DNA of 64,000 bases, taken from Phoronis australis (lineage: Eukaryota; Animalia; Phoronida). The notes below the pieces were generated by a model. That model was not told where the DNA came from. It did not search any database and worked only from the letters and a program-made list of their open reading frames with translations. Each line of letters begins with the position of its first letter. Position 1 is the stretch's first letter. Shown piece by piece: positions 50,769 through 63,020 of this stretch. The translations under genes and the position numbers were made by a program. The stretch covers positions 258,328-322,327 of the forward strand of contig NMRA01000235.1 in the NCBI GenBank assembly GCA_002633005.1. Direction: 5' to 3'.

Positions 50769-53038
50769 ACGGCTAAATCACAATCAAGGCCCATATTCGA
50801 GACTTGACTGTGTTACGGTCTAAAATATTTTTTGGTCAGTTACCAAATGCCAACTGAATCTCATATGCAAAGAGTTATTTACATGTAGTTGTGCAAATTA
50901 AAAAAGAATCATCAAAATCGGACAATGTTTGAGAAATTCATGCATGTTTTTGTCTATGAATTTCATGCATTTTTAGCGTTAGGAGTGGCCATTTTAAAAA
51001 TTACAATTTCCAACTCTGAACAGTAGAAAAGAAATTTATTTTATTAAGTAAGCAATTGCTTTGATATGGCTGGGAATAACTCGAGTCACTGTCAGAATCA
51101 CTTAGACGAAGTTGTGCTTCATCATTGAGAACTAGTAGGGTTCATCATAAAATAGGCAATCGTTAAGAAATTTGTAAATTCTGTGTTTCTAACCCTCACC
51201 TACTGTAAAGAAGTTTAAAAACTAAAGTTCACACTGTGTAATAAAAGGAACTGCAGAATATGTTAGCCTACGCAACAAAGCAAATTATTCAATATCTAAA
51301 CAAACCAAAAGTTTGGATGTTGACTGGGTTCTGCTAAGTCGAAAATGGCCCGAAAAGGCTAACAAAATGTAATGTACGTACCCCCATGTGGAATTCAGTG
51401 ACACAAAGGGTCATTGCAAATGATATTATTGTCTTTTAAATAACAACATGATGCTTATTATCACCAAAGAAAAACAAATGGCCATACAACATTATGTTAC
51501 CATGAGATGCAGAAACAGTGATGTAGGGTACCAGTTGACGTACTCCCCTTGTAGTGTACGTACCACCATGTTTACAAATGATATAAAATTAAAGTATCAC
51601 TTCGTAAGTGAGCAACATTGGTCATAGACAGTTTACTTCCTTACGTACCCCCATATTTTAATTTGTGCCTATTTTCAAAGTATGGCAGATATGCACATGA
51701 ATGCTTTGCTTTCTATTTTTTCTCTTTGAATTGATTTCGTAAATCAACTGACTCTCAGTAGATTCTTAGTATTTAGTTACAAACCTGGCATGTCATTGCA
51801 ATGTAGTGTACGTGTCCCTGTGTAGTGTACGTACCCCCAAGTGAACAAATACCAGAAACAAAAATATTACACGGTAAGTATGCAACATTTGTCACAGGCA
51901 GTTTCCTCCATTAAAGTGCTAGGTTAAAAGGATTTTTATTGCAAATACATTTGTTTTGAGTAAAATATTAGCATTTGTGTAGTGTACGTATCCCTATATT
52001 TTAACATGTGCCTGTTTTCAAAGAGTGGCAGACAGATATACACATTTATGCTGTACTTTTTGTTCTCTTTGAATAGATTTGGTAAATGAACAAACTCTCA
52101 GTAGATTCTAAATATTTTTTATAAATCTGACAAGTCATTGAGATGTAGTGTACGTACCTTCAAACTCTGTGACATAAAGTATTGCCCACAAGTATTTTTA
52201 CATACTGCTGTTCTCATGAACAATACTGGTATTGCTAAAATGCATCCAGTCTGACAAAAAAAAAACAATGGACATTATCAAATTTGTGGACAATAAAATG
52301 CCACACATGACTTGGATAGTAACATTCTATAAGACAAGGCATGTGACAACTGATGTTGCAGAAGCAGGTTCTCTATCTCTCAAGACAACTTGCAACAAAA
52401 CAACAAGTAGAGGCAGCACAAAACTCGAAACCATCCCATACATTTGTAACTCTCTTAGTCAAAATTTGACGTTGATTGACTGCGCTTAGTGTACGTACCC
52501 CTCAACCAGTATCATTTTTTACTGTTTACAAGTTGAACACTGGGCCTAGCATTGCTTTAACTATTTTGACCAACTTGTGAGTGTGTTGAAAACTAGGCAA
52601 ATAGCACCAATAAAGTTTTTGAAAAAAGTAGTTACCTGTCATTTTCTTTTTGTAAGAATCATCTTGCAAGAGAAGAAGTTCTCATTATACTGTGTTAAGA
52701 TATGCAATGTATCATCAGCACGGTAATAACTTTTCTTACTTTAGTATGTGGTACTTCTTCAATTTGATCAAGAACTTATTAAATTAATAGCTACCTAATG
52801 AATTTTTGCATGAAAAAAGTGGGCTGTGACCACAAGTTGTAGTGTACGTACCCTTTTATACAACTGCGATGCATTAGGCCATAAAATTTTATTCGGTGGT
52901 TCTTGTGCAAAAATATTTTAGATTACAAACCTGGAATGATGGTACTTAAAAATAACCCAGCTTTTACAGTTATATGACAATCTTCATTTTTCACCAAAAG
53001 TGGCCACCGAATATGGACCTTGATTGTGATTTGCCCGT
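50769..53038. mobile_element. Non-autonomous DNA transposon with 31-bp TIRs
   Basis: Left end ACGGCTAAATCACAATCAAGGCCCATATTCG versus reverse-complemented right end ACGGGCAAATCACAATCAAGGTCCATATTCG; no transposase ORF; about 10 internal GTAGTGTACGTACCC-like motifs. Confidence 0.85.
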
Positions 53039-53549
53039 CAATATGTTGTTGCCATTGTCATTTATACCAATATACATGTAGTTGCCGGTGACCATAGGCT
53101 CATTGTTCGTGTAAAAAGATTGTGTTTTGACTACACAAATAAAACACGCTTTATTCATATCGAAACCAATCGATAGCAAAAAAGACTGCTGCCACTAGGT
53201 CACGCAACGTCGTTTTCATGGTCTGCACACTCAGTTCAAAATACAATGCAACTACAATAGCCCATCTTCGTTTCACTACAAAAACTGACAATCGCTCGGG
53301 GAATCAGACACACATTGAAGGAAGTGAATTCACGAATACAATTACATTCTCAAGGCTACCTTTCATATCCTGGAATAATATTCCCTTACTTCAGTTTTCT
53401 CACGAACCTCAACTTACTAACTTCAGGTTTCTCACGAACCTCAACTCACTAACTTAACTGTTGCTCTGCCAACAATTAAGCTTGTCTTGTGGGTCCTGTC
53501 AAAACAGCCTGTGTACACAGTTGTGTGATTTATGAAGAAAAGATCGTTC

Positions 53550-54210
53550 ACGGGAAAGGAAAATTGGCAAAATCGAATTGTCAGAAAAACTGTTCGTGCT
53601 CTGAGAATTTCAGTAGGGTTATAGTTGGTGAGGACAGAATGTTTGATAGATTAAGGTCCAACGAGGAGACGAGATGTTCAGCTGCGCAGTGGACTAGGTG
53701 GACTCGAGACATATTTTGCACAGCGTTTGTTTAGAAAGAAATGTGTAGCGGTACGCTTTTGCGCATTACGTCTTTCAGCATTTCACGAAACTGACTCGTT
53801 GATCCATGAAAGTTTCGGCTGTAACACCTATATTACATGTAGTTAAACTCTCAAACTACTATGTTCGTCTAGGCGGATCTACAAACCTCGGAATGCTCAA
53901 ATCTCACCAAGCTTGAAAGTCCGTCTGGACATGTGCGTTGCTATAAGTTGTCGTGGGTTGTAGCGCAGCGCATTCATTTGTCCGTATACCGCAGACACCC
54001 ATCAACTGCACCGAATGTTATCACTATTGACTGGTCAATCACCCCTTATCACAGCGTTGAGTATCAGGGTGTTATTGTCCTGGTTTTTCCATGACTCATG
54101 GTGAAAAAACGTGTTTGGTAGAATCCAGGCTATGCTACCGAAGAACGTAGTCCCTGATCGTATCGGTTTCAGCAAAAAAAACCATAAGTTGAGTTTAATT
54201 CTCCAATGCA
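53550..54210 (-). promoter_or_regulatory. Putative promoter and non-coding first exon of TRIM paralog 1
   Basis: Short blocks shared with 62450-62925 (TTCGTG.TCTGAGAATTTCAGT; TACAAACCTC.GAATGC.CAAATCT; CAAGCTTGA); shared donor GAG|gtttgt at 53887/53886. Confidence 0.55.
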
Positions 54211-56544
54211 ATGTACACGCCGGTGGCGTTTTTCCATACCCATCTCGCAGTCTTTATTTCTTCTACTTACGTCCATTGCTGTAGTGGTAAAATTAGAGGA
54301 AGTAGGTGCCCAAAGACCACCGTACCACCTAGAGCAGTGAACGTAACTTACGGTGGGTAGGCGCTACATTCAAATGCCAAAAGGTGGTTGGCTGAGCCTA
54401 CGTGCGCCTACGCCCGACTACAGCACTGTAAATGACATTATTCGCAATCCTCATCTTGTTTTACTCCCGTTCAAGCTAGATAACGAAAAATGCAATCAGT
54501 GTTAACATAACTGACCTATCATTCCAGCTTGATGGATTAAACGTCCTTGTGAAAATGAAACTTAAAGTCGCTTTTCGCTTTTTTATTCCAGTGGCTAAAA
54601 AACGAAAAACAAATTACGCACACGACTGGTTTTCTAAATAGACTGGGCAACACCGGCTTCATTTGTCGCTAAACCACGACTAAATGAGTAGAATCCTTTT
54701 CAAAATTCCCGCTAAATCTCAAAAAATTTCAACAGGTGTTTATCCACGCAAAACTTGGGCGAATCACGACATAATACTGCTCAAGCCCATACACATGCGC
54801 GCACCCAGGGGAGGGGGAGGAGCCCACCCATTTGACGAAGTTGGCAAAAAGGTCGGAGAAAAAACTCCTAAAAATTAGGAAACGAGACACTAAAAAGGCA
54901 AGCTTCGGTGATGCACAATTCATAGCTCTGAACGTACCCCTGGAATCTTAGAAAAAGATCATGTCCACATTCTCAAAAATTTGAACCTCCCATTTTTTAG
55001 GCTGGGTCCATAGTGCCTCGCAAAGTGAAATAGACAAGACAATTAGCGTCTTGGCCCAACAACGCAACATTAATCTCCGACTAAATTTCGTGAAATTGAC
55101 ATTTTATTGCCATGAATGTTTGGCTCAACAGTGGTACAGTACAACATACGTGAGTAGGCCTACTATTCAATGGACGACATCTACTTCTGAACTCAATATA
55201 ATCATCAGTACGGTCAGACTGTCGGACAAGATGCGGTGTTCCCAGACAGGGAAAAAGCAAGACATTATTTTGCAATAACGGACATCAGAATACCAAGACA
55301 TAATTTTTAATACTTTAATAATTTCTGCTTCGGCTATTTCTCGTAAAATGCGGTTTTACTCAACTACATGTACATTTACATATACATGTACATGTAATGC
55401 ACGGTCCCACTAAATGTAGATTTTTCACGTGTAGTTTGGTGAGTCGTCTAGTGGTCGAGACCGCCAACCTGGTGATCTAAACTCTCCTGGGATCTTAACT
55501 TCTGGGATCTAAACTCCGACCTTTAAACAAGCTTTCTGTTTATTTTTTACACAAATGAAAGCAACTGTTATAATGACAAAATATTTTGGAAACAAGTTTG
55601 TTATCCACTAACGTGTGATTTCCACGTTTAGAGGGCATGTGGCAAACAAAGGACTTTCTAAGCAATACCAAATAATAAAAAACTATTCAGTGAATTATTA
55701 TGAATATCTTACAATTGGCTCTTATATCTGGGGGTCGCCAGGTCGCTGCAATTATGAATATGACGTGTTGCAAAGTCGGTATACAAGCCGTGGTGCTCTG
55801 ATTCGTCTTCTGGCCTCACTAAGACGTTACGTGGGCGTAGTTCGCCAAGACAAATACAACGTTATGCCAAATTTCACAATTTGTGGGCTCGCTCAATGTC
55901 TCGAACAAATCTGCATTATTACAGCTGAAGAAAAATTAATCACAAGTCCCGCGTTCTGCGCCGACGTCAGTTACGCAAGGATAAGCAAGTATGAAAAACT
56001 CTTTTTCGGTTAAAAGCTATCTACTAATGGCGTAAGTTTTAATAAACTCTTGTGAAAGCTTAAGAAATTTATTTCAACACATCTTTGCCAAATTTCATTA
56101 CTTAATATAATACAAGGGGCCTGAATTTCTGGTCAATATATGATAGGTTAAAGGTAGATGAACGCCGTCTACGCTCCACTGCACTACATTACACTACACT
56201 ACAGATAGTAAGCATAATTTGTCGATAAATAGCTTCTGCGCTCCACTACACTACAAATAGTAAGCATAATTTGTCGCGGCGCCAGCAACATTAATGAGAC
56301 AAAAATGCAAAATTCAAACACTAACACACAGCTAACTATATATTTAAAAAATATTGCGGTAACATATAAATTTTCATGTATAATCAGTTTATACACATGA
56401 ATCATGAAAAAGGTGTTTCCACGATCAACCAGCACTTTCACACAATAATAGCTACACATGTTAGAAGAACGCCTCTGTGGCAAATACTTTCACACTGTAC
56501 ATTTACACATGGTATGGAAACGCGCGCTACTCTGTACTATAAAG

Positions 56545-58518
56545 CTATTCCTCCAAGTACTGAAATGTCTTCACCACACCTGTACACAACTCCAATACAG
56601 ACACCTGACCCGGGGCCGGGAGACATAAACCAGTTGGACACTGGACAGCATCACGGGGCACGATTACGTGTGCACGTGTGTTTTTGTATAAAATCACCCG
56701 ATTTTTGGTGAAGTCTGCAACCAAAATGTGACCGTATGGGTCCACGCACACACCTTGCGGGTCAACCAGTTGGTGGGTCAGTGTGGATACAACGACCGGA
56801 CGCGTGAGGTCTATCACATGCACACGACCAGGTTTCCACTCACTAACTACCAACTGGCCACAGTTATCCATACAAGCATAACGTGGTCTGAAATCAGATA
56901 GCCCAATGGTGTGGCCATCCAACTGGTGGTGAATATTACAGTCCAGGTCGGTAATAATCACCCGTCCACCATCCGTATCTGACACAACCAGCTGGTCGTT
57001 GTGACACGTAACATACCCGGTACCTTCATACACACCTGGAAATATCTTCCTCACACGACCTTGTGCATCATACCTGACAACACCGTGAATGCTGCGGTCG
57101 GTGATGAAGATGTCTCCATCACTGCTACATGTCACACCGACTGGCCTTTGTATTTTGTGGTGAATTTGTTGTAACTTCAACTTAAGTTTAAAGTCGTGTT
57201 TACCAAACATTCTCACATCCTTGTTCTGCCAATCTGTTACAACAAAACCCCCATCACAAACTGTCAGTCCTGGACATCTGCCAGATTCTTCCCTCCCCTC
57301 GTCCAGGGTGCTAAAGCTACCAACACTGCCTTCAGGTTCTTTAAAAGTCGGTGGTGGAGTGACAGGTTGAACGGGTGACTTGGATGAAAGATGACGTGAC
57401 ACTTTTGTGTCCATTAGTTGTGATTCTACAGTAGATCCAGTATCAACAGACACGTTAGGTACAGACAATTCAGATGGTACAAAGTCAAGTACGTGTCTGT
57501 CAACATTAAGTTCAAACTGACTGATATCTAACGAGGCCAGAGCGCCGGTCATGGCTTGGAACTGTAGAGTTGTTTCAGAAGGATGCGCTCTTTCAACCAG
57601 TCTCTTGGCGTATCTCAATGTACTCACCAGAGACAGTCGACTGTGTTCTGCCCTGTCGTAAGCTGCTTGAGTTTGCTTTTGGGCCAAGTGGAACTGTTCG
57701 TTCAGTTTAGTGATCGCTTCACTTCTCTTAGTTTCCAGCGCATCATCAACCTTCTTCTTAAAATCATCAAATATTTTGCCAAGTTCTTCAACCTTTCGTG
57801 CTAACAGCTCTTGGTTCAATGCCTCACGAATATTCTTGCGTTCATCTGACAAAGCCTTCGCGTGTTCCACTGCGTCTATCCAGGGCTCCATCAAACCTGT
57901 GAGCACCTCGATTGCTTCCTCTGCCGCCTCTTCAATATTCTTCATCTCGTGTTGATCATGATCTAGTGCTTTACATAACAAACACACGGGTGTTTTGCAG
58001 TGTTCACAGTAAAGTTCAAGTGGCTTGCCACGGTGTTTAGGGCAACACACCGCTTGGTGTTCACGTATCTCCTCAAAGTGCATGCCAGCTGCGACTTCCT
58101 CCAAACTGACCACTTTGTGGGTTAAAGTGATTCCAGTCTGACAGTGAACGCCAGCGCACTTTTTACACAAGTGATGAACGCATTGTATACACATGAAATC
58201 TGCCCCGGCTGTGGATCCCTTGCGATGACATACATAACAGAAGACATTGGTCGTTTTAGGAACGCAGTCGTTCATGTGGTTGATGAAATGATTGAAGGGA
58301 AAACCAGCTGCGCCATCTGTCGGGATGTCATGTACACGATTGCACCGCGGACATGAAAATTTGCCGCCTTTCCTTCCTTGGTCAATAAATGTTTGTAAAC
58401 ATTCGTGACAAAACGTGTGAATGCATGGGAGCTGGCGTGGTGTTTTCGGTCTCTCCAAACAGATTGGACATTCTAATAGCCTTCGAATGTCGTTTGCGTC
58501 CTTTGAGCTGATTGCCAT
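56545..58518 (-). CDS. TRIM-NHL E3 ubiquitin ligase, paralog 2
   Basis: 657-aa ORF colinear with paralog 1 with the same termini (MAISSKDA...KTFQYLEE); 3' splice site ttccag| 25 nt before the ATG. Confidence 0.93.
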   Translation of the reverse strand: MAISSKDANDIRRLLECPICLERPKTPRQLPCIHTFCHECLQTFIDQGRKGGKFSCPRCNRVHDIPTDGAAGFPFNHFINHMNDCVPKTTNVFCYVCHRKGSTAGADFMCIQCVHHLCKKCAGVHCQTGITLTHKVVSLEEVAAGMHFEEIREHQAVCCPKHRGKPLELYCEHCKTPVCLLCKALDHDQHEMKNIEEAAEEAIEVLTGLMEPWIDAVEHAKALSDERKNIREALNQELLARKVEELGKIFDDFKKKVDDALETKRSEAITKLNEQFHLAQKQTQAAYDRAEHSRLSLVSTLRYAKRLVERAHPSETTLQFQAMTGALASLDISQFELNVDRHVLDFVPSELSVPNVSVDTGSTVESQLMDTKVSRHLSSKSPVQPVTPPPTFKEPEGSVGSFSTLDEGREESGRCPGLTVCDGGFVVTDWQNKDVRMFGKHDFKLKLKLQQIHHKIQRPVGVTCSSDGDIFITDRSIHGVVRYDAQGRVRKIFPGVYEGTGYVTCHNDQLVVSDTDGGRVIITDLDCNIHHQLDGHTIGLSDFRPRYACMDNCGQLVVSEWKPGRVHVIDLTRPVVVSTLTHQLVDPQGVCVDPYGHILVADFTKNRVILYKNTRAHVIVPRDAVQCPTGLCLPAPGQVSVLELCTGVVKTFQYLEE

Positions 58519-59399
58519 ATTCTCAATTAAGTCACTTGATGACCTGGAATGTAGAATTATTTTAGTGTTTCACCACAGGGAGCCAAAGAATGTCCTACAA
58601 TAATGCTAAAGTTACTTTTAGCACTTTTGGATTTTTCATATCTGCAATAAAATGTATAACATGTCAGGCTACAGTCATAATAAGTTCTCGTGGGGGATGG
58701 GGGAGCAGGACATCGATTGGAAACCGTGACTGAAGGGAATCGCTACTTCAACAAGGTAGTATTAAATAGCCCGAAGGAAGTATAGAAGTTACTCCAAGCC
58801 CATACCCCATCAAGTTATACTCCTTCGAACCTAAAACTGATGAATTGAAAACTAAGTGAAATTTCCAGTATGATACGATTATTATGCGAGTATGGGAGGA
58901 CAGTCACACTCAAGAATATCCTCGCCAATCTCTGTAGGGGGCTGCACAAGGCTGCGCATGGGCGAAACTAGGAGATTTAGTCGTGGCTAGGGGGGCGGGG
59001 GGGTTGGGGGTGTTGAAGAGCGGGCTTTCAAACCTAGTTCGACTAAAATCCTTTGAATTCTCGAGTGATTAGAGATTGGAAGTTGGACGAGGAAGTACAA
59101 TCAGACGAGTTGAGTTTCATTTTCGGCAGCGATTTATTTCCAAAGACTTGTTTCACATGTTGTTACAGCCGCACTACCTCGCTTTTCGCAACCGGGCTTT
59201 TCAATTCTGATAACTGAGCGCCGTCGACAAGACGCCCGCACTTTTTCAGTCCGAGCGGTGCCAGAGACAGGTTAAACCAAAATCAAAGCAATTCAGGCAG
59301 TCAAGCTCAAAGCTTTAGGACTACAGTTTTCAGGCCTGTAGGACGGGAGGGGGGGATTGGATCGATCCTCCTCGCTAAAAAGGTTCACTATGATAGCCC

Positions 59400-61000
59400 A
59401 TCCTCGCTACGAAAAGGATGTAGTTGAACACCATTAAAAAAGCATCTACAAGCATGCATTGCTATCACTTTAAATTCATCATACCAGGAAGGCTGGTAAT
59501 CCCGGCTTCCTGATCATACGGAATTTCAGTATAGCCTCTGTCCGACTCAATAAGGAGAAAGGGCAGGTACAGGAAAACAGGCACAATGTCAAAGTGATAA
59601 CTGAATGCATTGTTTATTGAGGCAGACAGTGCCTTGCATCAGGAAGCCATTTCCATGCATTAATAGGAAATCCAGAAAGTTTGGCAGAAGATCGCGTCTA
59701 ATTTCTTGTCGTTTTGAAACTGTTGAGTATATACCTATGATGAAACATTTACAGCGTCAGAAAGTAAAGAATCCCGTATATTCTTCGCCTTAATACAAAA
59801 TGAATTGATCGAATTGATTCGATGGAACACATCAAAATGATACTAAACCCTCATGATTTCCACCAATCCTGTTAATGCATCATTCAATATGATAGACATG
59901 GACATTGACAACTTCTGAGGGAGAGAGTATAAATACGTGGCAAATATGAGTGGAGACAACGTCGGTGTGCAAATAATTCAACAGGAATGACTCACATACG
60001 CACACTGTTGCAGTTATTGACAACATCTAGTGATAGCGTGTTCAGATTCGAGAATAGAAATGAGAAAAACCTTGTAAACTCCGTTGTCTACTTCTTGATG
60101 AGGAGTCCAAAGAGAGAACAGCTCCAAAATGAAGTACATAAAGCAAACATCCCGAATCCGTAGACAAAACCCTCATTGATGTGTTCCGTAGTTGGGTGGC
60201 AAGGCTGGATGTTTACACTTCTTGTGAGCAGGTATCAAAGGATTCTCTGACAAATTGTCATATCGGTTACTGACAACGTTCTTAAAACATAAATCCCAGT
60301 AAGATAAAATTTAGAAGCGTATTATCCTGATTTGAAAGCGCAACGTTGGACTAAAAATGGAACTTACAACATCTTAGACGTTGGGTTAACTGTTATATAC
60401 TTGTTGCGTTTGAATTTCTTGACAATGATGTGTTGAAATCTTATTGCGTCCTCCCTCTCTTTAGTTCCTTACGGGCGCTCCCGAAGAAGGTACAGAGTCG
60501 ATGCAAATTTTTGCGAAATATCATCAAAAGGTCCATTGCTTTAGAAATTCGAACCAACCCTAGCGTAATCCTGGCTGAGGCCCGATGTTCACAGCCCCCG
60601 GGATCAAGACGGACTCAGTCGAAGCCTCGACCTTAATAGTCGCAGTTCGATGCTTTGCCCGTAAAGTACATTTAAAGACTATCATGAAAGGTAACCGAGT
60701 ATTTTAATAACTGACTCAAGGTTACTAGTCTCGATTTCCCATGCTACTGAGTGGCAAGAAGCCAACGGCGAGAATCGGAAATTTTAAATCACTAAAACAC
60801 AACGAGTTTCAACTTCTCATTTGAAATCTTTAGTCGGAGGAACCCTGAACTAAAATAAAGGTTAAAGCATTTTCTCGAATCGCTGGAGGTTTGTATGTGT
60901 GTCTTGGTATCACAAAATAAGTCCTATCATAGTAAGTGAATGCACACAAGCAGAGCACAAGCAGCTCAATTGATTTTTCTTTTTTAACAACTAAACGAAA
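59400..61000 (+). mobile_element. Heavily decayed hAT transposase (ZMYM1/THAP12-type)
   Basis: Ordered remnants across frames: LLRQ, YSSP.IQNELI, ANMSG...GVQ, YAHCCSY..HLVI, SPKR, RW. Limits approximate. Confidence 0.7.
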
Positions 61001-61516
61001 TGCAAATTTAGGTCAAGCCATGCCTTAAATGTAAAACGTATAACATGCATAAAAGTGGTGCTTTTATGAGACAAGTTGTTGAAGTAAGGGTGCCCAAGTT
61101 TCTGAAGGCTGTCCCGGTGCTCAATTTCTAGGAAGAAATGCAAGATTAGAAGTTAACATTATCTAAATCTTGAGTAGATATATATTTATATATATATAGA
61201 ATGTAATCAATCATGGCACAGTATTAAAAAGGGAACAAGTAGTGTATGCGTTTGCTGGTGTAGTGGATTGGTTGAGAAGAGGTCGCGCAGGTGTAGGAAG
61301 AACGGGCGGCGAAGCACTGAAAAAAGTGGGGGGCTATGGCACCCCGCCCCACTGTACTGTGGTGTACCGCCCAAAGACCAGGGGCGGCGTAGTCGACCGT
61401 TAATGGGTGCTCTAGCCCCCCTGCCCCCTATGGAGCGCTGCCCATGGGAAAGCAGTCAGAACCTGAGCGTTCTTAGTACTTACATGTAACGCACATCATC
61501 ACGTGTTGACGAGCAT

Positions 61517-61889
61517 GGAAAGCCAAACCAGGAAAAATTCAAGGACACAAATTATCTATTCAAGAATTTAATTCTCTGCAGGACCAAAACTAAACTCAAA
61601 ACCAAAACTTATCGCGCCAGGATCTATAATATTTTGTCACGTCAGAACCAAAATTCAACACGCCAGGACTGCACATTTATTACGCCAGGGAAATATCACA
61701 CGTCAGGAAAATTTCACGTGGCGTGATAAATTTCCGATGTTGACTTGTTAAAATTTAGGTCCTGGCTCGACAAATTGTCGATGTTGGAGCGATAAATGTT
61801 AGTTTTGAGTGTATTTTTTGGTGCAGTAGAGAATTTAATACTTGAATAAAAAAATTTGTGCCCGGAATTTTTTTCTGTTCTGGCTTTCC
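61517..61889. mobile_element. Palindromic MITE
   Basis: TGGAAAGCCA...TGGCTTTCCA termini with imperfect inverted arms of ~130 bp. Confidence 0.75.
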
Positions 61890-62172
61890 ACAGACGTGTG
61901 ACTAATCATAGATTATTTAAAATCTGAAACGTCAGTAGTCACTAACAACAGACTCCATTCAGCGTCAATGTGACAATGGTGTTTTGTTGCCTCTTTTGTC
62001 ATACGTCTGCACAAGGCTTCTGTTGACTGTAAGGCCCATTCACCGTGGGAAAAGGTTGTGTGTTTGACTACATAAAAAGAAGTATTTTTAATTCATATCG
62101 AAAATGAAACCAAGGTATGACATGTAACACCACTTGACCACCAGAAGCTGTTTCTCCTTTTCGGGCTGGTAC

Positions 62173-62323
62173 CAGTGTTCGAACTTCAGCAAATACATGT
62201 TGGCCCGCCAGTTAGTCTGAAAATTTACTGGCCCAGGTGCCAAGTTAACGTTTAAAAGTTACTGTTCCGGCAGAAAGTCCACTGGCCCCTGGGACACCGG
62301 GTAAGCGTGTATTTCGAACCCTA
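62173..62323. mobile_element. hAT-type MITE
   Basis: TIRs CAGTGTTCGAA / TAGGGTTCGAA; 8-bp TSD GCTGGTAC / GCTAGTAC; internal ACTGGCCC repeats. Confidence 0.8.
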
Positions 62324-62449
62324 GCTAGTACTATAAGCAATATTCCTCTTTTTCATGCACATTCCTTAAAAGTTCGTTTTTCTCTCGGCCAACAATCTTG
62401 CGCAGGAACAACGTTCCTGATGGAAACCATTCGTAAGAAAATAACTTTG

Positions 62450-63020
62450 TTTCGGGAAAAGGAAATGCATCTCGCAAAAACAGAATCATCAACTGATTTT
62501 TTCGTGTTCTGAGAATTTCAGTTCAGCTGGTGACGGCTCGTACGTTGCACGTCGCCTCAACGAGTTCTATTCAGTCGAGTGTTATGTGTGCGCGATACTT
62601 ACTATTCAATACAGCTCTCGCTTCATGAATAATTTCAAGTTATTTGTAAAGTCTACAACACAATGTTTTGTCGAAACTAGTGTACAAACCTCAGAATGCA
62701 CAAATCTTCAGCTATGTTCCAGTTGTGACACTGATACTGTCTAATCGTCAGCAAGCTTGACAGTTTTTGTGATTGCTGTAAACTGTTGTCAGCGGTTGAG
62801 ACGCACCAGGTAGTCTGACAGCTAACCAAACCCTCCGCATACCACTGACCAATCAGGAAAGCTTCATTGTACACGTGGCTACAACATCAGGAAGTCCATT
62901 CATGAATATTAATTTCTCCATGAAACGAGTCAAACCGAGGAAGCCGGATTTAGGGCATTCCGCGCAACCGTTAACTAAGGCAAAGTTCATAGACTAAATA
63001 TTACTGAGCCAATCAAAAAC
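62450..63020 (-). promoter_or_regulatory. Putative promoter and non-coding first exon of TRIM paralog 2
   Basis: Homologous to 53550-54210; donor GAG|gtttgt at 62690/62689; CCAATCA boxes near 62848 and 63009. Confidence 0.55.
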
